From: an uncultured virus (IMG/VR IMGVR_UViG_3300046314_000298)
Lineage: Duplodnaviria; Heunggongvirae; Uroviricota; Caudoviricetes
Strand: one strand, 5' to 3'
DNA: 64,000 nucleotides
IMG/VR virus record: IMGVR_UViG_3300046314_000298
The first letter of the stretch is position 1. Each line of letters begins with the position of its first letter. Shown here piece by piece: positions 40,880 to 48,789 of the stretch. Position numbers and translations under genes: made by a program. The notes under the pieces were generated by a model that saw only the letters and a program-made list of their open reading frames with translations, had not been told where the DNA came from and did not search any database.

Positions 40880-41039
40880 CTTTACATCTCACGATGGAAG
40901 TAGACAGCCTGTACTTGAGAAATATCGTACCTGACTCAAGTATGGAAATACCTATAGGGCAGTTAACACCGTCCAGATTTGTTTCTTTGACAAACTTAGA
41001 AAGTCTGTTAACAGCTTTATCCAGTAAACCATCAGTCAT
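40806..41039 (-). CDS. Hypothetical protein
   Basis: 77 aa, ATGA coupling. Confidence 0.55.
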   Translation of the reverse strand: MTDGLLDKAVNRLSKFVKETNLDGVNCPIGISILESGTIFLKYRLSTSIVRCKDAAEAAYYINTYLDNFIPSRGNRT

Positions 41040-41557
41040 TTGACTTCCTTGAAACTAGCGATGAAATTCTTCATGCTCCCAGCAGGTGTGGTGTTTCCAG
41101 TCTGGACTTTAAACCCAACACGAAACTCTGACTCAAGACCTTTGCCAGAATCTACACGTTCAAGACAAAACATGTATAGGCCATGTTCATCAGCCACAGC
41201 GTCCAGAGCCATGGCTTGATCATGACAACTAACTGTCATGAAATATTCTTGAGGTGCTTGCCTTGCCAAAGCCAGACATAGGTTGAGTTGATTCTCACGC
41301 ATCTTGTTGACGTGTTCGTGAAATTCTTTCTTCAGGGTGCGCATCTCAGCTTTCAAAGCTTTGTTTTCTTCTTTGATAGCGTTGAGTTGTTTGTTCTCTT
41401 TCAGAACATCCTGAAGATCCAGGATCAGCTTAGCAATATTAGAAAAATCAAATTTTGAGGTTTGATCTTCCATAGCTACTGTAACGGCATTTTGAACTGC
41501 TGATTCATTAACCTGTTTCTTGGTAGCTGACTTCACAACTTTACTTTCATTCAACAT
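41036..41557 (-). CDS. Hypothetical coiled-coil protein
   Basis: 173 aa with conserved leader motif. Confidence 0.65.
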   Translation of the reverse strand: MLNESKVVKSATKKQVNESAVQNAVTVAMEDQTSKFDFSNIAKLILDLQDVLKENKQLNAIKEENKALKAEMRTLKKEFHEHVNKMRENQLNLCLALARQAPQEYFMTVSCHDQAMALDAVADEHGLYMFCLERVDSGKGLESEFRVGFKVQTGNTTPAGSMKNFIASFKEVK

Positions 41558-41600
41558 GATACATTCTTTCTTTAATGAGACAGGATTGTCAAGTAAAGTC
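41555..41600 (-). promoter_or_regulatory. Recurrent promoter/leader motif ACTTTACTTGACAATCCTGTCTCATTAAAGAAAGAATGTATCATG
   Basis: Related copies at about 31645-31690, 39860-39890, 43504-43550 and 50995-51040, each ending at a start codon. Confidence 0.65.
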
Positions 41601-41697
41601 TATATAACCGTAATTATTTACGAGGGTTTAATCAAATAGTAAACATCGTGAATAAAAAAATAAATATAGAACAGCCCTTGTGAGGCTGCTCTATATC

Positions 41698-41931
41698 TTA
41701 TCTGTCTAATTTCAAATCGATCAGCTTAGTCAGCTTATGGATAGTGTTATATCTGTCCATCTCATCATCGGTTATAAACACATCGAAATGTTGTTCTAAC
41801 TGCATGATGATCTCTACTCTATCCAGACTGGTTAATCCTACGTCACTATTTAGAACGGTATCTATTGTGACGTGTTGATTGGTAAACTCAGTCACGATCT
41901 GTTTTATTTCAGATTCTGTTGTTGTCCTCAT
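41698..41931 (-). CDS. Acyl carrier protein-like
   Basis: 77 aa, acidic; GLTSLDRVEIIMQLEQHFDVFITDDE matches the phosphopantetheine-site helix. Confidence 0.8.
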   Translation of the reverse strand: MRTTTESEIKQIVTEFTNQHVTIDTVLNSDVGLTSLDRVEIIMQLEQHFDVFITDDEMDRYNTIHKLTKLIDLKLDR

Positions 41932-41967
41932 GATACATCCTACGTTGATACATAGGATATTCAATCA

Positions 41968-42483
41968 TCACTTCTTACCACCGGTGATAAGCCTTGGGGA
42001 CCAACCCTTCTTAATCACAGTCTCTTCTGAAACTTTAAATTCTTCAGGTTCTTTTTCTTCAATGGCATGTTCATTAACAGTGGTGTGTTCGGTAAGCTTA
42101 TCCTTACCTGACTTCTCAGCTATTACTATCTTTGTAAGCTGGATGAAGAATGATGTAAAAGGATAGGGGATAACCGCATCTACATCTACATCAATAATAG
42201 CATCTATTTCGTCCAGAGAAATCATGATGTTTTCAGGCTTGCCGTTGAACCTGGCCTGAAAACTCAGATAATGTTCATAAACACCAAAATTGTGCACAGA
42301 CTCAGGTGATAGATTAAGAGTGATAACCCCTTCTTGACTTTTATGCTGCTCCAGGAAACCTGCATGGGTCTTAGGGCGATACCAGATATGTACACGATGA
42401 CCTTGCTCAGTCAACAAAGTGTAGCTGGATGCAAAGGCATCTGTTACAAGTTTTTTAACGTCAAGTTGAATTTGAACATTCAT
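41968..42483 (-). CDS. sspB: ClpXP adaptor SspB-like protein
   Basis: GVITLNLSPESVHNF, LSFQARFNG, acidic linker, C-terminal PRLITGGKK resembling the ClpX-binding tail. Confidence 0.75.
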   Translation of the reverse strand: MNVQIQLDVKKLVTDAFASSYTLLTEQGHRVHIWYRPKTHAGFLEQHKSQEGVITLNLSPESVHNFGVYEHYLSFQARFNGKPENIMISLDEIDAIIDVDVDAVIPYPFTSFFIQLTKIVIAEKSGKDKLTEHTTVNEHAIEEKEPEEFKVSEETVIKKGWSPRLITGGKK

Positions 42484-42676
42484 GATTTTGTTCCTTAGTT
42501 GGAAGTTGGTGATTGTGAGGGTTGAAGATGATGCCGTCGGTACGTTTAAGCCAGGCTACAGCAACATAGTTGACTTGAGGATAACCCCTTTGTGTGATGC
42601 CTGTAATAGTACCAGGTCCTACAGGACTATCTTCTATGGTATCGCCTATCTCAAGATATTCAGGGTTCATAGTCAC
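42461..42676 (-). CDS. Hypothetical protein
   Basis: 71 aa, coupled. Confidence 0.55.
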   Translation of the reverse strand: MTMNPEYLEIGDTIEDSPVGPGTITGITQRGYPQVNYVAVAWLKRTDGIIFNPHNHQLPTKEQNHECSNST

Positions 42677-43506
42677 ACTACTTTCATGACACGTTGAAAA
42701 ATGTAAAACTTTCTATCTGGAAACTTAATGCCCAAACGTTGAGCCTCAGTAAAAGCTTTCTTATATGTCAGATGAGTTGAGGGTTTTTCAGAAAATTGAT
42801 AACCGTTAAAATCTTCTGTTTTTTCTTTCAGCTTACTGGATATGACAAATATTCGTTTTCTTTTAAGACTGTTGGTATGGTCAAGAACCATATCTACTGT
42901 TTTACAGAAATTTAAATAGTGCTCATTAAGCTTGGTATTTTTGTAGTGTGTTCCAGTTTCGTTAAGCTGGATACCGTTTTCATCTAATAGATGCTGAAGG
43001 TTATTTTCAGCGTAGATGCTAAACATCTGTTGTTTAGTACCGGGCATGATACTTTCCTTTTTTGACGAAGTTTGATTTTTACATTCTTTTTCTGGCAGAT
43101 GTACACCATTTATGTACCAGTATTTTTCACCGCTGCGATTTTCGATAGCAGGTCCATCAATACGGTGAAGCATGCCGTGTCGATACCATAATTTATTACC
43201 ATCTATGCGCTCAACAGCTGATCCGTCTTCCCGATGACGCTCACCGTTCAGCCACCATTCACTATGACCATTCCGGCGATCGATAGCAGGACCATCTATT
43301 CGATGACGCTTCCCGTTCAGCCACCATTCTCTATCGCCGTTAGCGTACTCAACAGCAGGATCATCTAGACGATGTAGTATGTTGTCCAGATACCAAGCTT
43401 TATACCCATCCAAACGCTCAACGGTTGGACCATCTTCACGATGAAGCTTATCGTCTTTATACCAAACTACACTTCCATTTTCTTTTATGACTTTTCCATT
43501 TAACAT
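42673..43506 (-). CDS. Repeat protein (WxxxGxxHRxDGPAxE x5) with a separately initiated C-terminal domain
   Basis: Five 24-aa repeats; internal in-frame RBS and ATG at 43047. Confidence 0.7.
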   Translation of the reverse strand: MLNGKVIKENGSVVWYKDDKLHREDGPTVERLDGYKAWYLDNILHRLDDPAVEYANGDREWWLNGKRHRIDGPAIDRRNGHSEWWLNGERHREDGSAVERIDGNKLWYRHGMLHRIDGPAIENRSGEKYWYINGVHLPEKECKNQTSSKKESIMPGTKQQMFSIYAENNLQHLLDENGIQLNETGTHYKNTKLNEHYLNFCKTVDMVLDHTNSLKRKRIFVISSKLKEKTEDFNGYQFSEKPSTHLTYKKAFTEAQRLGIKFPDRKFYIFQRVMKVV

Positions 43507-43625
43507 GATACATTCTTTCTTTAATGGGACAGAATTGTCAGATAAAGTTTAAATGATTATAAATAACTAGGCAGCCTATTTGCTCTGTTCATAAAAAAAA
43601 CAGGACCCGAAGATCCTGTTTTATA

Positions 43626-44615
43626 TTAAGGTAAGAAATCACACTTCATCAACCTCAGAAACTTTTCAGTATCTGAGATAGGAAATGAGAACCCTGAAGC
43701 ATTTTTATGCCCACCGCCGCCGTTGTGTTTAGCTATAGCTGATACATCCACATCTCCAGCAGCGTTACTACGAAGAGAAACTATCACCAGATCTCTACCA
43801 GGGCTGACGATGAAGAAAGCACAAAACGCATACTCATCTTTAACAAGATCAGCCACGTTTGATACATACTTCATATCACAGTTCATAAGGGCTGCTTTAC
43901 CCAACTTGGTTTCCACAGGAGTAATAAGTCCTTTCAGACGCTCACATTCTGCTTCGTAGAAGTCAAGCTCCAATGCTGCTTTGGTCCAGACGGCTTTAAA
44001 TTCACTATCTGACATTTCAAAGATCTTGTCCCAAGCTTCAAATGTCATCTCAGCATTCAAAACTTTGTTCCAGATCTTTGTACCGTCCAATTTGAAAAGC
44101 CACAGATCACGATCTTCTACAGCCAACGCAGCATGGCGCAGTCTAGCAGGAACATCGATATCTTCAGAATCAATAGTTTCCAAAGCCAGACCAGCGCCTG
44201 AACGATTCTGGATAAGTTTAGTGAAGAACTTAACATCCTTCTCACAACAAATCAGGTCAGGTCTCTGCTCAAGACAAAGATGATTGACTGTCTTTAGTTT
44301 CTCTACGTCAGAAGCACCGTAGATATCAATCGCTGTCTTGTGGTGATCAAGAAACGCCAAACACTTGAGGTTTGGGGATTCGTTGACAATCTTAGCCAGA
44401 TCATCTTTGCTGTAAGAATAGTCGATAATCCAGAACTCTTCTGCGTCTGTAGACAAAGCCTCGTCACCATACTGCACTGGTGTGTACAGTACATCTAGAC
44501 CATCCAACTCAGCTTCCTGGCTTTTAAACCAATGTCTGAGTAGATAAGCAGACATAAAACCATCGGTACAGTTCTTGTGGTACCGAACTTCAACTTTCAT
44601 TTTTTCAGACATCAT
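43626..44615 (-). CDS. DHH/DHHA1 phosphoesterase (NrnB-like)
   Basis: YHKNCTDG, IDYS, LDHHKTA, DRDLW, SLRS, GGGGHKNASGF. Confidence 0.88.
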   Translation of the reverse strand: MMSEKMKVEVRYHKNCTDGFMSAYLLRHWFKSQEAELDGLDVLYTPVQYGDEALSTDAEEFWIIDYSYSKDDLAKIVNESPNLKCLAFLDHHKTAIDIYGASDVEKLKTVNHLCLEQRPDLICCEKDVKFFTKLIQNRSGAGLALETIDSEDIDVPARLRHAALAVEDRDLWLFKLDGTKIWNKVLNAEMTFEAWDKIFEMSDSEFKAVWTKAALELDFYEAECERLKGLITPVETKLGKAALMNCDMKYVSNVADLVKDEYAFCAFFIVSPGRDLVIVSLRSNAAGDVDVSAIAKHNGGGGHKNASGFSFPISDTEKFLRLMKCDFLP

Positions 44616-44760
44616 GATACTTTCTTAAGTAAAACAAAAACAATTGAAATGACACAACATGCGCAAAAGAACCCGAGACTCAGGTATTGCATAATGGAGA
44701 GTTCCCTACTCCACTTATCCAAATCCTCTTGTTCTTTCTTTGAAAGATTGCGGTAATCGT

Positions 44761-45174
44761 TCATTGGCTGAAGTCCGTTCTTGATTTGATCATGTTCTTT
44801 GCTGTATCATCATCTGCATTATACAGACGGTCGCAAAAGCACTTATCTATTTCATTCACGACTTTTTCCAATTTCACCCACTGATAAAAAGCTTGACCGT
44901 AGCGCAAAGTTTTACTATCGTGTCTGAAATCCTGAATGACAGAATTGCTAAACGTTAGGCGATCTGTATCACAAACAAAATCATCTTTGAGTTCAGAGAA
45001 ACGTTCGTGAGACAAACAGCGGAAATGTACATAGCGATTACCATTTCCGCTATCGTACCAAGCGGTAGTGCGAAGATGAATCAGATTTTCCACATCGTTA
45101 CAAACAGGACACAACACTTCTTCATTCACAGTCGCCATTTGACCTGTGAAAATTTCTCTTACAAATTCTTTCAT
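44761..45174 (-). CDS. Hypothetical protein
   Basis: 137 aa with AAGGAAGTATCATG start. Confidence 0.65.
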   Translation of the reverse strand: MKEFVREIFTGQMATVNEEVLCPVCNDVENLIHLRTTAWYDSGNGNRYVHFRCLSHERFSELKDDFVCDTDRLTFSNSVIQDFRHDSKTLRYGQAFYQWVKLEKVVNEIDKCFCDRLYNADDDTAKNMIKSRTDFSQ

Positions 45175-45189
45175 GATACTTCCTTTTGC

Positions 45190-45543
45190 TTAAACAGATT
45201 TATAACGAAGCAGATCCCAAATCTCTTCATCGGTGAGTATCTCATACTCTACCGGTGTGTTGATCTGAGCTTTGATCTTAGCATTTGATGTCCAGCAATT
45301 CTCTCGCTTGTGTTCATGGACACCAGGTCGTTGAAACTCAACAGCTGATTTGAGTTTCTTTTCATCGTAAATGATGGCTATCACACAGGACTTGCCGTGC
45401 GATATGTGTTTACCCGGACCTTTCTTCGACTTGCCAGAAATTCGATCAGCCCAACAAGCTGCCTCGTTGATATCCCTGGTTACAGTACCTGGCACAAAAC
45501 CAGGTTTCAAGAAAGATCGCAAGGTACCTTTATAGAATACCAT
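45190..45543 (-). CDS. Hypothetical protein (start uncertain)
   Basis: The longer ORF start crosses a terminator, so MVFYKGT is preferred. Confidence 0.5.
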   Translation of the reverse strand: MVFYKGTLRSFLKPGFVPGTVTRDINEAACWADRISGKSKKGPGKHISHGKSCVIAIIYDEKKLKSAVEFQRPGVHEHKRENCWTSNAKIKAQINTPVEYEILTDEEIWDLLRYKSV

Positions 45544-45854
45544 TTCATAATAACCCAATAAGTTATTGGCTTTTGGGTTTGGTTTACTTGATGAAATACC
45601 AAGTCTCAAATAAAGTAGATGTTGCCAAAAAAATTTACATAGCCTATACACCCGAGCCATATAGGCCGGGTGTATAGCTGTGTTTCATTTAACGTTTATA
45701 TAGACCAATAGGAATAAAACCATGACTATTCCTACAGCCAGTACAAATGACTGACCATCAAGAACTATGTCTTTATATTGATCTTCTTCAGTTTCATAAG
45801 CACTCAAGGTACTTATACCAGAAGCTTCATCTTTTTCATTGTTAAAAAACATGA

Positions 45855-46049
45855 TTATATTTCTGTTGATTTAACAATGATAGATAAGCCATCTGGATGA
45901 TAGCTGGAAGTGCTCTTACAAGCCATGTTGATAGATTCTTCTATAGATTCAAACAGAGGATGATTCTGTCTAAATCTAAGCTGTACGTGTTTCTCTTTAC
46001 CTTCGTCATTGACGATAGTTGTATTAAAGACTATTTCGTTACCGATCAT
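45855..46049 (-). CDS. Hypothetical protein
   Basis: 64 aa, ATGA coupling, GAGG RBS. Confidence 0.55.
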   Translation of the reverse strand: MIGNEIVFNTTIVNDEGKEKHVQLRFRQNHPLFESIEESINMACKSTSSYHPDGLSIIVKSTEI

Positions 46050-46270
46050 GATTTATCAAACCTCTTTTTTATCTCTCTAAAAACTACCATCGATAACACC
46101 AGAGCTGAAAATATATTCAGTAAAGGAGCTAAAGACACCACTATCAAAATACCACCTGTGGTAGCACTGAAGTCTACACCTCTCTCATCATAAAAAAGAT
46201 AAGCGCAGATAGCTGTTAGAACAAAACCAAAGATTACAAAAGTCAGATGTGTAGTTATAAGAAATTCCAT
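46046..46270 (-). CDS. Small two-TM membrane protein
   Basis: Start reassigned to MEFLITTH; the upstream extension overlaps structured RNA. Confidence 0.55.
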   Translation of the reverse strand: MEFLITTHLTFVIFGFVLTAICAYLFYDERGVDFSATTGGILIVVSLAPLLNIFSALVLSMVVFREIKKRFDKS

Positions 46271-46403
46271 TTTAATACCGTTGTTGTAGTTACAGTCAAA
46301 TAATTTCGGGTAAAAAAATAAGGGCGGGACAGTTTGTATCTGCTTGTGACAACCGAGTCTGGGTAGACTGATCACTTGCATCAACAAACTGTCCCTAATT
46401 AAG

Positions 46404-46504
46404 AACAAAGCCAACATGAATCGAACATGTTAAGTAAATATAACCTTCTACGCAGAATAGCACTGCTCCAGTTAATTTACTTGCCTCTACCAGACGGCTT
46501 TGTT
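46404..46504 (-). ncRNA. tRNA-like RNA with an extended anticodon-position arm
   Basis: AACAAAGCC/GGCUUUGUU end pairing, CUGGUAGAG D-loop-like segment, AACAUG-UUCGAUU-CAUGUU T-arm; no CCA. Confidence 0.65.
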
Positions 46505-47668
46505 TCTCTATTTATTACAAGATAGAGAAGGATGTGTCAGTCACCGCATCCAAGATATTTATAACACCGACTCGTGTTACCGGTTTGTCCAAACCTGGTG
46601 AAAGGATAAGCTACATCTGTTTAACTCAATCGCCACATACCCAGTAGTTCAGGTAAGGGTTAAGATGATTGTGCTATAATAAGCACAGAGCCTTAATACG
46701 ACAGTGTTTTAATTCATCAACATAACACTGAAGATACCCGAGTTCTCAATAGAGAATCTCGCTGTATTTTTGATGCCTAAGCACTCTAAAGCTATCTCTC
46801 CTAAAATAAGAGATAGCTTATAGGCTGCTCTCTGGGGTGATCAATCCCAAAGTTTACAACTTCCCAAAGATATCATTCATACAGTTCCCGACCAAGGGTA
46901 GTCTATATAAGAGATATCCATAGGGCGTACGATTTGGCGGTTGGTTAGACCACCTTCTACTCCTTAACAAAAAGTTAAAGGCAGGCTATTATCGTGAGCG
47001 CACCTCTTTCTATTACACACTTGTGATGTGTTTCGTCCTTGTGTTTAAAGCCTTAGGACTCATCAGATAGATAAGGCTCAAATGAAGTTTATGTGGCCTC
47101 ATTCTTTTATAAAGGGGTTTTCCCATAGCAGACTAAATGACTTCTGTCTATCTAATCTGCTACAGGCAAACACCTGAGTGCTAACTTGTTATCATATCAC
47201 AAAGGTAGATAACCACAACCTATTACAATAAAGACGTGTGAATCGCCTGCTTGCTTTGGCAAGAACAGCCCTCGAAGCTAGAGCCACATCAGGTCTGAAC
47301 AATCGTCAGAACACATGATCCCAGGGGATTTAAAAAGCATCAAACACAGTTCTGGGAAACTATGTGCTAGATCGACAGTTTATATTTTCCTTGTTTTATC
47401 AACTAAGTGAAAATACCGATCACTTTATACTGCTCCATCGTGCGTGTATTTTGTTATCACGCTAACGTCCCGATAGTACGTTTACCTAAGTTACCAATGG
47501 TCAATACCTGCACCCTAGCCTTACGCCCGCAAGCGATCTATTAACTTAACTCCGTAATCCGCAATGATATACGCACATTAAGAAATGTTTACACACTAGA
47601 TTTACTAAGCAGCGACTTGTTAGTTACCATTGATACGATCAAGTCTACTCCGGTTTACTTAGGTTAAA
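46505..47668 (-). ncRNA. ORF-free structured RNA tract (~1.15 kb) downstream of the tRNA cluster
   Basis: No ORF of 60 aa or more on either strand; many hairpins; contains a hammerhead ribozyme. Confidence 0.6.
47009..47079 (-). ncRNA. Type I hammerhead ribozyme, predicted cleavage between 47014 and 47013
   Basis: UCUAU-CUGAUGA-GUCCU..AGGAC-GAA-ACACAU-CACAA-GUGUGU-A-AUAGA: complete core, three stems, GUA site. Confidence 0.9.
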
Positions 47669-47736
47669 TGGTACCAGGAACGGGACTCGAACCCGTAAGA
47701 CCCTTGCGGAAGTATTAAGTTTTTAAAGTACATGGG

Positions 47737-48045
47737 TGGCCCGCTCCGGAATCGAACCGGAACGCCCCTTACGAAAGCGTCAGATTTTAAGTCTGATCTC
47801 TACCACTGCAGTTTTCACTGCCACTTTAGTGTGTTTGTGGTCTGGACTATCCCTTCAACTACATCCTAAATGTTTAGCTGGGCGATTATAGTCTCTGCAC
47901 GTCTTTCTATATTTCTATAGAAATTTCGCTCAGGATTGGCATCAGCAATTAACTGTTAAGCTTTCCCTGAATTTACGCCATTTTACTACATTATTTCTAA
48001 TGTAGGACACATCAAATATATGTCTACCTATTTCATCAGCGGGCC
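47737..48045 (-). tRNA. tRNA-Leu(UAA), exons 48045..48020 and 47797..47737, no encoded CCA
   Basis: GGCCCGC/GCGGGCC acceptor, UCAGA-CUUAAAA-UCUGA anticodon arm, long variable arm, UCCGG-UUCGAUU-CCGGA T-arm, A73. Confidence 0.88.
47798..48019 (-). ncRNA. Group I intron (222 nt) at tRNA-Leu position ~25/26
   Basis: P1 GACAU|AU..AUGUGUC with U-G; P10 AUCAGA/UUUGAU; terminal G; core AAAUUCAGGGAAA, GCCAAUCCUGAGC, GUGCAGAGACUA, GAAGGGAUAGUCC. Confidence 0.92.
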
Positions 48046-48056
48046 ACCCATGTACT

Positions 48057-48557
48057 CTATTTCTTTTCTAATCTGTAGTATTCTTTCTTTATTTCAGTTC
48101 TTTCGATGATCACGCCGCCATTTTGAACTTTGGCGCCATAAGAACCTGAACATTTTTTACTACAAAAAGGACCTGCTCTATTAGAAACATAATTAGTTAT
48201 CTGATTTTTACTAGGGGTAAATATTTCCTCACACCCAGCACACTTTACAGGATCCACCTTTACTCGTTTAGCGTCTTCACTTGCGTGAACAGGCAGTGTT
48301 TTAACAATAAGGTTATTTAGAGAATTATTGGTGAAATTTCTATCGTGATGGTCAACAGTCTCACCGTCTTTTAACTTTTGTTTTAATTCAATTTCTTTTA
48401 AAGCCTTGGGGTAAGAGATGGTTTTGGTCTTACCTTTAGTCCCCTTAGCAGCTTTTGAATTATTTAAAACAATATGCTGTCGACCATCACTTCTGTGATA
48501 AGGACCTAAGACGGATGTATATTCTGGATATAATCCAAGAAGTATTTGCTTATCCAT
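48057..48557 (-). CDS. Free-standing HNH endonuclease with C-terminal zinc-finger-like domain
   Basis: ETVDHHDRNFTNNSLNNL...H; CAGC...FCSKKC. Confidence 0.85.
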   Translation of the reverse strand: MDKQILLGLYPEYTSVLGPYHRSDGRQHIVLNNSKAAKGTKGKTKTISYPKALKEIELKQKLKDGETVDHHDRNFTNNSLNNLIVKTLPVHASEDAKRVKVDPVKCAGCEEIFTPSKNQITNYVSNRAGPFCSKKCSGSYGAKVQNGGVIIERTEIKKEYYRLEKK

Positions 48558-48652
48558 GTTTTCCCTTTACCGATTTGGGCATCCTGGTAATATCTATATC
48601 TCACGTTGCAGTCAGTTAGAATATTTATCACTAAATGATTCTAGAAAAGGAT

Positions 48653-48727
48653 TGGTGCCGGATGTCTGATTTGAACAGACGACCTATCGCTTACAAGGCG
48701 AGTGCTCTACCCCTGAGCTAATCCGGC
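48653..48727 (-). tRNA. tRNA-Thr(UGU), intronless
   Basis: GCCGGAU/AUCCGGC acceptor, CU UGU AA loop, GUUCAAAUC, CCA. Confidence 0.93.
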
Positions 48728-48789
48728 TTACTCTCCGCATTCTATTACAAACACGAATAAAAAAATACCCTGTTTGACCAGGGGTATTT

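Larger units (their letters stand above)
47669..48588 (-). pseudogene. Disrupted outer class II tRNA (Leu-like): 5' piece 48588..48563, 3' piece about 47726..47669
   Basis: ACCAGGA-UG-CCC-AAAUCGGUAAA-GGG pairs with ...ACGGG-UUCGAGU-CCCGU-UCCUGGU-ACCA; anticodon stem missing. Confidence 0.8.
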
